Shown one piece after another: positions 12,441 to 24,709 of a stretch of DNA of 64,000 nt (the stretch's first letter is position 1; every line of letters begins with the position of its first letter). The DNA comes from Octopus bimaculoides (taxonomy: Eukaryota), in NCBI RefSeq assembly GCF_001194135.2, contig NC_068988.1, positions 1,520,954 to 1,584,953 of the forward strand, given 5' to 3'. A program made the position numbers and the translations under genes. The notes below the pieces were generated by a model. That model was not told the origin of the DNA. It was given only the letters and a program-made list of their open reading frames with translations, and did not search any database.

Positions 12441-13123
12441 GCATGTGGTGTCCTAAAACACTGCTCCCCACAAAAGAGAACCATGATGAGACTGTCATGG
12501 GTCCACAAAGCTGGCCCTCAATTTATCAGTTTGAATAATCTTAAAGTATTTGTTATTGTTGCTGCTGCCACTGTTGTTGTTCTTCTTCATATGACCATAA
12601 CAATGAATATGTATTTATATTCTACTTTTCCTGGAATTTTTTTAAAGCTATTTCTCCATCTTGTCACGCTATAGACCAAAAAACACATATTCACCTTCAA
12701 AATTAAAAACTTGTAATGGTTTAATCTTGTGATTATGACTAACTAACTTGGTATAAAAGCCAAAACTGAAGCATTGATATACACCAATATATTTCAAGTG
12801 TTTCTTTGCTAGAAATACTGAGGGGAAAGAAATCAATGTTCTATTGACTAACTTGTACCCAAAATGTTTAGAATTACCAGAAATAAAAGGAAAAAAAAAT
12901 GAGTGAAACTGTGTTTATTCTCATTGTTTTAGATATTTTCTGGTGCCTGTCAATATCAGTGTGTGTGTGTGTTTGCATATATGTATGTGTGTGTGTATAT
13001 GTTGATTAAATTCTCATCATGGAAACTATCCAACTTGTACACCAAGTGACCTTCTTTTAGTCATAAATGAAAGCAGCCAAGAGATTGGAAATGAGTGCAG
13101 CAAATGTTCTGCCGACTCATATC

Positions 13124-13173
13124 TATATTTTCTATCACTGCCTGCTCTTTACCTGTGTGTGCGTGCATGTGTG

Positions 13174-13216
<43 letters not shown>

Positions 13217-13269
13217 GCACACACACACACACACATACAGGTAAAGAGCAGGCAGTGATAGAAAATATA
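13124..13269. repeat. Palindrome: perfect 33-bp outer arms around (TG)n(TA)n(CA)n
   Basis: tatattttctatcactgcctgctctttacctgt (13124-13156) is the exact reverse complement of 13237-13269. Confidence 0.9.
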
Positions 13270-14559
13270 TATATATAAAATCATTTAACGTTTGTCTTCC
13301 ATACTGACATGGCTTGAACGGTTTGACATGGAGTTGGCAAGCTGGAGAGCTGCAAGAGAGAGAGAGAGAGAGAAAGAAAGAATGAGAGAGATAGGTACAT
13401 GTGTATTTTTATATAGATAGATAGATAGATAGATTGATTTAATATTTCACTTAGATATTGCAATAGCAATAACCTGGTGTTAGAACTCAATATACACCTG
13501 CTTGGGAACGAAGTGTCAATCAAGTACAGAGCAGTAAATAAGAAACTGAGATGAGAAAGGAAGAAACAATTATGTTGTGTGTGTGTGTGGTTATTATATC
13601 TGATTCAACATAGCTCCCTGCAAGTATGTATTGAGTACTTCACTGTTTTCTCCTCATAAAAAAAACAACCCATATACATAGACACACACTTCATACTCTA
13701 TTGTATGCTATAAACCGACAATTTAATACGCATTCCCCTCTCAGTTTCTGTGTGTTTATACTTAACATTGCAACACTGCTGCATCTAGTGAAATTTCCAC
13801 ATTATTTTGTCACTCTTCAGTAAGCATCCTATTGATTTGTCCCGTATGATGTCAGTTTCCTTTCTGATCAATTAAAAACCTTACCATACTTGCTGTCGAG
13901 ATGAGATACGGAGTGTCGACAAATGAAATGTTCCTCTGTTCTCTTTTTAGTCGTACATCAAATAATATCATCAAATTATGTTATTGTAACATTTACAATA
14001 TAGACTCAATACATTGATTCTAATGATGTTTAGTTTGTATCCAACATCATATGTTTAACATATGTTATTGATTAACATTATAAAAATGGAATAAAAAATA
14101 TTTCTAAATTTACATGTAGGGTGTAGCAAAATAGCTTTGCATATTCACAGTTCTTGATAACCATTTCGACTATATACAATGTCAACCAGTGCAAGATCTT
14201 GATAGTATTTGGATAAAAGAAAAATGGTGAACCATTACCTATGTGAAGATCTAATTTTCATCTGTCTAACTTCAGTAGCACCATATCAATAACTGTATAA
14301 AATGCTGGAGGTTTTTCTGCCGCACTTCATAGTTTTCTATTGTTGGAGCACTACAGACTATATTTTGGAACTATTATTCTTGTAGAGAATGGTAGCCTGC
14401 TTGACTAAATGGTTAGAGTACCTGACTAGATACCCTGTAGCATTTAATTTCATTTTGAGCTCAAGAATTACCAGAATCAACTTTGTCTTTAGTTCTTCCT
14501 GGGTTAATAAAATAAGTTGCAGGAATTTTGTATTTGAACTCAAGATATAAAGTCTCAAG

Positions 14560-14756
14560 AGATGCCACTAAGTGTCAGGAAAAGTGCTAAGTGGCATTTC
14601 TTCCAACTTTACAATCTGAGTTCAAATGCTGCCAGTGTCGACATTGCCTTTCATCCTTTCAGGGTTGATGAAATAAAGGAACAATCAAGAATTGGAGTTG
14701 ATGTAATTAACCAGCCCCACCCTCCCACCTTATGTCTATAGTAGTTAGGATCATCA

Positions 14757-14801
<45 letters not shown>

Positions 14802-15022
14802 GGTGAGCTGGCAGAATCGTTAGCACACCAGGTGAAATGCTTAGTGGTATTTCATCTGCTGCTACGTTCTGTGTTCAAATTTCACTGAGGTTGACTTTGC
14901 CTTTCATCCTTTCGGGGTCAATAAATTAAGTACCAGTTGAGTACTGGGGTCGATATAATCAACTATACCTTTCCCTAAAATTTTAGGCTTTGTGCCTTTA
15001 ATAGAAAGGGTTATTATTATTA
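14560..15022 (+). mobile_element. Two tandem SINE-A copies joined by (ATT)n
   Basis: A/B-box head and shared body; an older copy with a different tRNA-like head lies at about 14390-14525. Confidence 0.8.
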
Positions 15023-15199
15023 TTTATTCTTTTTATCTCAGGTTGTTTTTGTAATTCCTGGAGTCATGCATAGCAAGCTTTACTACCTGCAGCCTACGGT
15101 ACCATGCTATCCACTCTTTTCAGATTTCTAATACTTTCCTGATTATTCTGGCCATGCCAAGGAGGCAAAACTTTTGTTACAGTTCTTTTATATTCCTCT

Positions 15200-16275
15200 T
15201 GATGCTCGGTAGTAGCTCCACTCTAGCGTTCTATAGAGGGTTAGTGAGAGAAAAGTGCGACGACGTTCTCGGGGAAACTCTAGGCATCGAGGAGAACTTT
15301 CGGGCCGGGGCCCATGGATAATTTCCAAAGGTCCCTCGCCTGGCAGTGCTACCGAGGTGCGCTACCTGTTCGAGATAAACTCTACCGACATGGAAGTGCC
15401 GTCAACCGGGCCTGCTCGAGGTGCGCTCAGGACGACGAAACCGTTCTGCACACACTCGTCCAGTGCCCAAGCATTGCTGACCTGTGGGTTTATATCGAAC
15501 AGCTACTGTCACATGTAGGACNNNNNNNNNNNNNNNNNNNNNNNNNNNNNNNNNNNNNNNNNNNNNNNNNNNNNNNNNNNNNNNNNNNNNNNNNNNNNNN
15601 NNNNNNNNNNNNNNNNNNNNNNNNNNNNNNNNNNNNNNNNNNNNNNNNNNNNNNNNNNNNNNNNNNNNNNNNNNNNNNNNNNNNNNNNNNNNNNNNNNNN
15701 NNNNNNNNNNNNNNNNNNNNNNNNNNNNNNNNNNNNNNNNNNNNNNNNNNNNNNNNNNNNNNNNNNNNNNNNNNNNNNNNNNNNNNNNNNNNNNNNNNNN
15801 NNNNNNNNNNNNNNNNNNNNNNNNNNNNNNNNNNNNNNNNNNNNNNNNNNNNNNNNNNNNNNNNNNNNNNNNNNNNNNNNNNNNNNNNNNNNNNNNNNNN
15901 NNNNNNNNNNNNNNNNNNNNNNNNNNNNNNNNNNNNNNNNNNNNNNNNNNNNNNNNNNNNNNNNNNNNNNNNNNNNNNNNNNNNNNNNNNNAAAAGGAGA
16001 AAGGGCTCTATACCCCTTTCTTATTTTTTCTGACCAGGCTCCCATGGTTTTATGGGTTTTTCCACGTGTAACCTTTCCTTTTTCGAAGCGCCTCCCCCTT
16101 TGGGAGTTCTACTTATTTATTTATCTATTTATTTATTATATCTTTCTCCGTTTTCTTCTTCTGCTTAGACGAACTTTCCTACCTTTTCGGACAAAACCTT
16201 TTGTAACCTTCGTCCTGTCTTTGTCCTTATATGTTTTTAATTGATATTAGCCCTTGTGGCCAATAAAACGAATTA

Positions 16276-16312
<37 letters not shown>
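15200..16312 (+). mobile_element. 5'-truncated Tx1/L1-like LINE: ORF2 C-terminal Cys/His region, gap, 3' UTR and (ATT)n tail
   Basis: MDNFQRSLAWQCYRGALPVRDKL...RACSRCAQDDETVLHTLVQCP is a zf-RVT-like C..C......ET..H....CP motif; CpG-rich versus flanks; after the gap a T-rich UTR ends agcccttgtggccaataaaacgaattaatt(att)n. Confidence 0.8.
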
Positions 16313-16313
<1 letters not shown>

Positions 16314-18039
16314 GTCTCAGTGAAAATCAAACAATGATTTTCTGCACATAATGTTACTAAAGGTTTCGAACAAATCTGGGTCTCCACAGTCCCCAGAGGA
16401 GCTGTGATAGAAGGTGAATAAAAGCTATCAAAGTGAATTGGCAGTGGAGTGGGGTGCAATTTCTCACTAAAAGAAAGTCCACAATGATGATGATGATGAT
16501 GATGATAAGCATTTTTTTTTTTTTACATTTCTGATGTTGATAAAATAAATATAAGATTAAAATCTCCCAAAACAGACATAAACACCATCTTTATAGTAAA
16601 TTGCTGTTTGTTTACCGTTATTCATCTCAATGTTCATAAACTTTTAAAGCTTAATGGCTTGTATTCATCGAGGTAAAAATAAACATGATGATTCTAATTA
16701 TTTTTGGTTTGGCATCATAAGCTTCCCCTGACTGAATCGTTAGTGCTGTCATCAAATAACGATACATGTCATTCTAAATATCAAGTTGGATCTGTGCAAG
16801 GATCTTGATAAAAATCAACCAATCATCTTTCAAGAATTTCTCTCTTTAAACCTTTATGACATTGATAAATTGAGTTGGCATAGCATTTTACAATAATTAA
16901 AGTTGGTGACAACACATCATGAAAATAAGGTCAGGCTGGCCTATTTTGTTTTTTTTTTGTTTTTTTCCTTATGATTATGGAACATAAAATCTAGAGTCAG
17001 GTGGTACAACCACCATCCTCTTCATTGTTTAATGTCCATTTTTCCATCCATTCATAAGTTAAATGGAATTTATTGAGGCAGATTTTCTATAGCTGGGTGC
17101 CTTTCCTGTCACCAACATTCATTCATTTCCAAGCATGGTAATAGTGTTTTTCATCGAATATTACATACAAACAACACTGCTTGTATGACAGTGATGCTCA
17201 TTTACAACCATCACATGCTGTTAAATCAGGGGTACACACACAAACACACACACACACACACACACAGACGGACCTCTTTCAGGTTCCATCTACTAAATCC
17301 ACTCGACAAGGCTTTGGAATAATGTACTTACCCAAGGTACCACACTGAGGAACCAAAACCCATGCCTGCACCTTCATTCTAATGGAAAAACATTTAGACC
17401 TCAAATATCTTTCTCTTTATTTCCTTGTCTTATCTGGATGAAAGGCAAAGTTGACCTCAGTGGAATTTGAACTCAGAATGTAAAGACAGTCGAAATACCA
17501 CTAAGCATTTCGCCTGGCGTGCTAACCTCTCTGCCAGCTCCCCCCCTGCCTTACTAAGCCATAAATATTAAACAAACACAAGAACAAGGTTTAAAAATTC
17601 TTGGTTTTTCTGGTACACTAGGTCGACAGGAGTTGATGTCAGTTTGCTCATGTTGTGAACTGCATTGAAAATTAACTGTATTTATTAAAACCTTCTGCTT
17701 CATTGCACCAACAAAAGCAATCACATAATTGACCTGAGCTGATCTAAACTTATTGATCCTGCAGCATCTGGATTATTGAGGACAGTTAACTGGAAGATGA
17801 TCTCTTTAGTTAACTTTTTGTCAAAGAAGATATGTTTGCATAATTTCTTAACCTAGTCATGAAGACGTGTGTGTATGTGTGTGTTTTCCAGGGTGTGGTG
17901 GGGGTGACCAGTTTAAAAGATGTTGTGTCCATCTGCTTAGAATAAAGAACACATAGATAAGTCTGAGAGTGAATAAAATATTTAATCCGTAATCGTTTGT
18001 CTAATACAATTATATTTTGTCAAACTAACAACTATCATC

Positions 18040-18360
18040 ATCATTATCATCATCATCATTTAACGTCTGTTTTCCATGCTGGCATGGGTTGGACAGTTTG
18101 ACAAGAACTGGCAAGGCCAGAAGACTGTGCCAAGCTATATTGCTTGCTTTGGTATGGCTTCTACAGTTGGATGCCATTCCTAACGCCAACCACTTTACAG
18201 AGGGTACTGGATGCTTTCTACATAACTCCAGCACCTGTGGGGGTCACCAAGTAACTTGCTAAACAAACCCCCCTCAACTGGGAAGGGGAGTGGTATTGAG
18301 GGGGGGTGGCTTTGTGCCAGGATTTTATAATGAAGGGTGGATGTTAAACAATGATGATGG
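18040..18360 (-). mobile_element. SINE-C variant
   Basis: Family tail and ggatgccattcctaacgccaacc; other minus copies at 31405-31570 and 57355-57560. Confidence 0.7.
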
Positions 18361-18699
18361 TGATGATGATGATCTGCCATCTTCATCGTTGTCATTATTT
18401 AACATTCTTACTTTCCATGATTGCATGGGTTGGATGGAATTTGTTGAGACAGATTCTTCCATGGCTCAATGGAACTCTCACCTGTTTCAAAGTAAGCCAA
18501 TATTACCCTCTGGCCATTTTTATTTACCAAATTCACTCATATGGCTTTGGTTGGCCCTAGGTTACAGTTGAAGACACCTGTCCAAGGTGTTTTGGTGTGG
18601 GGCTGAACCTGAGACCACGTTTGTGTAGCAAAATTCAACTGTGTCTGCATGGCTATATATTTATAGCTCCTAAACAATGACTCTAAATTACTTGTTGAT

Positions 18700-18815
18700 A
18701 ACCATTAATGTGTCTATAAATTCATGTACACATAACCATTAATGTGTGTATGATATTGTCTATGCAACCATTAATGTGTGTATGATATTGTCTATGTAAC
18801 CATTAATGTATCTAT
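18700..18815. repeat. ~32-bp minisatellite
   Basis: aaccattaatgt occurs four times; the middle units read aaccattaatgtgtgtatgatattgtctatg. Confidence 0.8.
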
Positions 18816-19217
18816 AGAACTTTCCGCTCAGCCTATCCAAACTCTCCGCTCCGATGTTTTTTCTTCTTTTTCTTTCTTTGCTTCAATACATAAAGTTGGC
18901 CTTAATCTTTTAATTTTTGAAAATTTAATTTTTTTGGTTTTGTTTTTGTAGATTGATTTTTTTTTTTTTCGCTTTTATAAATTTTCTTTAATCTCCCTCT
19001 TCTCACCTTGAATAAAAACCAAACACATTTGCTAGAACCACAGAATGATTTTCTCTGTCAATATGTGTGTCAGTTGGTCTGATGTTTTAGATGTTCGTAC
19101 TTCAGATGCTGTTTCTATTTAATCCTTCTACCTGCTGCATATTAAAGACAAAGATAAATACGACCATAATCCTCCTTAATCTGTCTTAATAACTCAACAA
19201 ACAAATGTCTCTACACA

Positions 19218-19267
19218 TCTAATAATCTTGTATCGATGTAATTGTGCATCAATACAAGATTATTAGA
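19218..19267. repeat. Compact hairpin, 21-bp stem and 8-nt loop
   Basis: tctaataatcttgtatcgatg / catcaatacaagattattaga, one mismatch. Confidence 0.85.
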
Positions 19268-20089
19268 GACGCCTGTCGTTTGGTCTTTCCTTAATCAGAG
19301 ATGCGGATGATTACTTTACTCCTTTCGTTTTAACTCTGTTCTACGTAATTCCCTTTAGTTGACAGCTGGGTTGCCGATAACTAGTCCGATTGAAATGTAT
19401 TCCGTTCTTGTTTTGCATTCCATCTGCTTAGTCTTGGGTGTCATCTGTTCCTGTCTCTCTGTGGCTGTGTGCATTTTTGATACATTCTTCTTGTTTTTTT
19501 TATCATATCTCAAAGAATTTTATAGGAACGCTTTCAGTGTTACAAGATATTAACTCGATCATTATTGCTTTCGAACTGATCATATCTGAATATATAAAAT
19601 ATATAAAAATACATCAGAAAATATCTGGAAACTTCCGAGTGTGAGGTATCAAACGTCTTGGTGTTTGTCTCAATAAAACCATATCTAGTAGAAAAGCTTT
19701 ATGAAAAAAATTGTTTTTTTTCTCCGATCAATATTTTCATTGGTTCATTAGCAATGTAGTTTCAATTCTCTGATCAGTTCTTACAATATTAGGTATTTAT
19801 GAAAAATATGGTCATTGAACAACTAAAATCAGGAATTGTACTCTACATAAATGCCAGCAGAAATTAACTTGTTCATTCCACTTACTTCATAATCTTTCTT
19901 CCATTTTTTTTTTTCTTTTTAAAGAATTAAGAACAACATGATTCATAATTTTAACAGTTAAGTGGTTTCATCTTGCCATGTGTATATTTTGGCTGTATAA
20001 TATACACACGTGTGTATTCTATGTGTGTATATGTAAATATGTGTTGTATTTATGCATATATACATGTGTGTGTATTTGTTCATGTACAA

Positions 20090-20138
<49 letters not shown>

Positions 20139-20157
20139 TACACACAGACACATATAG

Positions 20158-20380
20158 ATGCAGGTGTGGCCGCGTGGTAAGAAGTTTGTTTTCCAGTTAC
20201 ATGGTTCTGGGTTCAATCCATCTGCTTGCCTTCTACTATAGTCTAGGGCCAATCAAAGCCATGTGAATGGAATGAAATGTCTGCCATATGTGTGTGTGTG
20301 TTTTGTCACCCCCCCCCCACTGTTTGACAACCAGTTTTGGTATTATTTACATCCCTGTAACTTAGCAGTTTGGCAAAAGA
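20158..20380 (+). mobile_element. SINE-B interrupted by a SINE-C; its 3' end resumes at about 20860-20960
   Basis: gcaggtgtggccgcgtggtaagaag...gggttcaatcc; body continues gatagaataaatacc...catggccacagtc after the SINE-C. Confidence 0.8.
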
Positions 20381-20384
20381 GCCC

Positions 20385-20860
20385 ATCATCATCGTCGTTT
20401 AACGTCCGCTTTCCATGCTGGTATGGGTTGGACAGGTTGGCTGAGGACTTGTGAACCAGAATCTGCACCAGGCTCAATCTGATCTGGTAAAGTTTCTACA
20501 GTTGGATGCCCTTCCTAACGCCAACCACTCCGTATAGTGGGTGCTTTTTACGTGCCACCGGCACAAGGGCCAGTAAGGCAGTTCTGGCAACGGCCGCGCT
20601 CAAAAGGTGTTTTTACGTGCTACCTGCACAGGAGCCAGTGTGGTGGCATTGGCAATGACCATGCTCGAATGTTGTTTTCCGTGTGCCACCAGCACATGTA
20701 CCAGTAAGGTGATGCTGGCAATGATCACGCTCGAATGGTGCTTTTCAAGTGTCACTGGCACGGGAGCCAATCCGTGGCCCTGGCAACAATCATGCTTGGA
20801 TATGCTTTCAACATTCCACTGGCACGAGTGCCAACCAGGCAGTACTGTCATCAGCCACCC
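20385..20860 (-). mobile_element. SINE-C with about five internal ~63-bp tandem units
   Basis: Units gtgccaccggcac...ccagt...ctggcaac..cacgctcgaatggtg.tttt from about 20542. Confidence 0.85.
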
Positions 20861-21789
20861 GATAGAATAAATACCAGATAGAAAAATATCTACTGGACTT
20901 AATTTGTTCAATCAAAATCCTTCAACATGGCCACAGTCTAACGACTGAAACAAGTGGAAGATTAGATTGTGTGTGTGCATGAATGATAAGTGCAGACCTG
21001 GCTGTATTCATACAAGGTTTGCTTCATAACCATGACGTTATTTCAAGTTTAGTTCTACTGCATGACACTTTAGGTAAATGTCTTCTACAATAGTCTGGGG
21101 CTCACCAATGCCTAGGGAGTGAAACTGGGAGTCAAGTCATCTGGAAGTTTGTGTGTAAACACACACATACACGCGTCCATTTCCATGTAACAATGCAAAC
21201 AACTTATTGGTATTAGAACCTGAAGATGTGCTCAGCTGGTTTTGTGTATGTTACAACTCATATAACAAGCATCGCTTTTCCATGAAACGTTTGTAGTGTG
21301 TGTTTTACTTGTTCCATTCCTTACTTTCTTGGACATTTTTTGGCATTTTTAGCAACTTTAATTGCTAAACCATGAGTTGCTAAACCTTCAGCTTATCGAA
21401 ATTTCTTTTGATTTCAGTATAGGATGAAGTATGTAATTTATGATGTACCAGTTAAGAACTACATTAAGCATATGCATATCAATGGTATACTCAGCCACTT
21501 GCATGTTAATTTCACAAGCAGGCTGTTGGTCAGGTCAACTGGAACCCTTGTCATCTTAACTGACATGGTGCAAGTTTTAGTTTTTTTATTGTATAATTTA
21601 CTGGCAAGTCTTTAACTTTTGCATCTGCTGCCAACTACCAAATCTGACCATTAAATTTTGCACAGTTAAAGAAATAGCCATTTTTGTGTAAGATTTGATG
21701 ATGTTTGTTCGCTTGGGACTTTGTAAAATGGTGTCTCTTGTTTTTTTGTTTTTTTTGTTTTTCTTTTCCGCAATGACATGCTTGAAGTG

Positions 21790-22190
21790 TTGCTTTCACT
21801 TACCAAACTCATTCTGGCAATACTACGTCTTCCCTGATTCTATGTTGATGTTTGCTTATATATATATTTTTTTTTTTATTGGACGTTGTTAGCGTTGCCT
21901 GAAGCAGCAGGACAATGTTGGTTAAGAATTGTTGGAAGCATAGCTATTCTGGAATCTGTCAGAATAATAAAGCTGTCCTTCAAACTTACAATAGATGCCA
22001 GTGAAATCAATAGAATTGAAGAACTTTTGGTAGCCTCTTTTTTATTTATTTTTTTACTTCTATCACAGCACACACTCCTTATCCTCTCACCACCCCCAAC
22101 CCATTTCTGTGGAATTCCCAACACAAAGACATTGGTTTCTTTTAACAGGAATATTCTTTGAAACATCAGTCTTCTATCAAAGTTGGACAT
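21790..22190 (-). mobile_element. Possible highly decayed CR1/L2-like reverse transcriptase fragment
   Basis: Minus strand gives GIPQKW ... ISLASIVS and, after an AT insertion, cat caa cat aga atc agg gaa gac gta gt, close to HQHGFREGRS; same order as the G.IP..WK / NYRPISL.S / QHGFR motifs. Needs several frameshifts. Confidence 0.35.
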
Positions 22191-22661
22191 ATTTACAAAT
22201 CATTTCTTTTTTTTCTTCTCATTTTGATATTTCTTTGTGTTTTCTTTTCTATTTATTCCAGTATCTTTGATATTTTTTTCCCCCATTCTGCTTGCACACT
22301 AATTTGTAGAAATAGAGTCCTCTAAGAGATTCCTATTCTTTAGTCTTTGGTTCAACTAATGGGAAACTGATTGCGTTTTTCCTGTTGTTGATCATACCAG
22401 CTGTCACCTCACACAATCGCTCCACAACATTCAACATTTTCTTTTGCTAAATTAGAGCTGCCATTGTACTGCAGGAAAAAAATTAAAAAAGGAAGAATTT
22501 TGTCTGCAAACTAGTTTTGCCGTATTCTTTGCTGACGTCATCTGCAAGCACTAAGAAAATACCCGTTCTCTCATATGCAACAGTGGAAGTTAAAACTTTT
22601 GTCATTCTATAAGAATTTTTGTTTTATTCTATGGAAGTTAAAACTTGCTTTCATAACGGAC

Positions 22662-22812
22662 AGACATGGCTGCATGGTTAAGAAGCTTGCTTCCCAACCG
22701 TATGGTTTCAAGTTCAGTCTCACTGCATGGCACCTTGGGCAAGGGTCTTTTTGTGTAGCCCCAGGCCGACCAAAGCCACATGAGTGGATTTCGTTGAATG
22801 AAACTGAAAATA
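22662..22812 (+). mobile_element. SINE-B 5' half
   Basis: catggctgcatggttaagaagcttgcttcccaacc...caccttgggcaag; similar plus-strand halves near 6075, 9655, 20995, 30035, 40995, 47138, 50390 and 52305. Confidence 0.75.
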
Positions 22813-22825
22813 TATATATGTATAC

Positions 22826-23039
22826 ATAAGGTGTATTGTGAGTGTTTATAGAACACGTATCCTAATATAAACTCCAACAAACAATTAAAGATGGAGAAGA
22901 AAAGATGTTAAAAGTTTGATAACATTTTAATCCATGCAAAATGTTATCAAACTCTTAACATTTTCTCTTCTCCATCTTTAATTGTTTGTTGAGTTTATAT
23001 TAGGATACGTGTTCTATAAATGCTCATAATACACCTTAT
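22826..23039. repeat. Fold-back palindrome, ~102-bp arms and 9-nt loop (MITE-like, TA-flanked)
   Basis: Arms 22826-22928 and 22938-23039 differ by six transitions and one indel; ta|aggtgtatt...aatacacct|ta. Confidence 0.9.
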
Positions 23040-23212
23040 ACCTGTAACATTTTCATATTTTTAATAAAATACTTGCAATAGCAAGCTACATATTTAATAT
23101 GAAGAATCTTTATGAGAAATCTAATTTTGCNNNNNNNNNNNNNNNNNNNNNNNNNNNNNNNNNCCCCCCCCCCCCCAAAGTAAAACTGTTCTAATTGAAC
23201 TCAACCTTTCTC

Positions 23213-23261
<49 letters not shown>

Positions 23262-24197
23262 TACATATAATATAAGTATTATTATTATTTCACTTAGGCA
23301 TATCAATACTAATATTCTGGTGTAAGAACTCAGTGTACAAATGCTTCAGAATGAAGCATCAGTTGAGTACAGAATGGGCACAAGATATTGGAATGACAAA
23401 GGACTAAACGATTATCTTATGATCTTCATTAGCTTACAGCCGTTTCTGCTATAAGATGTAGTGCACTCGTAATTGAATGCTTGTGTATCACCCTATAGCT
23501 TTATCAGAGCTTCAAATATATATATATATATATATATATTTAGAAGCATCATGCAATGACAAAACGAGGAGGCACAAATACATACACACACAGTGTCACT
23601 GTCATCCAAGCAATGTTGTTTTGAGTTCAAGTCACATCGCCTGTCACTGGAGAATTATAATAAATAAAACAGAGACTTTTCTGTCAGGAGTTGCAACCAA
23701 TGGCTAACAGCAGCAGCAGCAGCAGCAATGTGAAAATACAGTGGGAACTTGGGTTCCTTAGATTAATCAGAAGATTGTTTACCACCACCACCACAACCAC
23801 CACCACCACCACAACTATCACCATCCCAATCACTACAACCTGCACCACCACCACCACCACCACCACCACCACCATCATTTACATGCTGTGTAACTGTCTT
23901 ATTCTGAATTCATCTCCTCTTATGGCACCAATTCCATTCCTCTCTGCTATGGTTTACCATTTCATACAGAGTCCGAGAACTCAGCTTGTTCAGCTCTAAT
24001 CAACTGTATTTTGTGAAAAATAAATTTTTATTGTTCGGTAAATTATTTAAATATTTTCTCTTTGGCTTTGATTAAATTGTGTTTGTGATGGTCAGAAACG
24101 GATTGGCTGCTTAAAATATATTTCCTTCTTGGATTAACTAAACATCTGTTGCTAGTAATTAACATTCAGCTAATTGACAATTGTGTATATATGATGA

Positions 24198-24259
<62 letters not shown>

Positions 24260-24519
24260 TCACATACAGACATATATATATACACATATATATATATGCA
24301 CACACACACATGCATCGATGCATCATGCACACACATGTACATGTTTTTCTTTGGAGATGCTACTCATATTTCCACATTCCATTCTCTTTTGTGTTCCCAA
24401 TTAATAAACAATTTCTTACTTAATTATTTTCCTTTCATACATTATATATATATATTTATATATGGCGGAGAAAGACAGACAGTAGACAAAGCGAGAGAGA
24501 GAGAGAGACAGAGAGAGAC

Positions 24520-24552
<33 letters not shown>

Positions 24553-24709
24553 AACACACAATGCATACATCTTTTATACTAGTTTCAGAGAGCATGTTGC
24601 GACCATACTGAGACACACTGTGTGTGTGTGTGTGTTTTGGTATGGAAAAGAAAAATTTGGTGAACAATAGTGTCATTTATTACAGGTGACATATATATAT
24701 ATGTGTGTG

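Noticed and set aside
19280-19680. Unique, moderately CpG-containing stretch that looked coding
   Set aside because: Frames examined on both strands are short and give no recognisable motif.
20542-20860. Repeat/spacer-like periodicity resembling a CRISPR array
   Set aside because: The whole unit is homologous between copies, lies inside a eukaryotic SINE, and no cas genes are present.
22399-22469. Very strong minus-strand acceptor with a gtatga donor
   Set aside because: Stops in all frames; cannot be distinguished from a pseudo-exon without RNA data.
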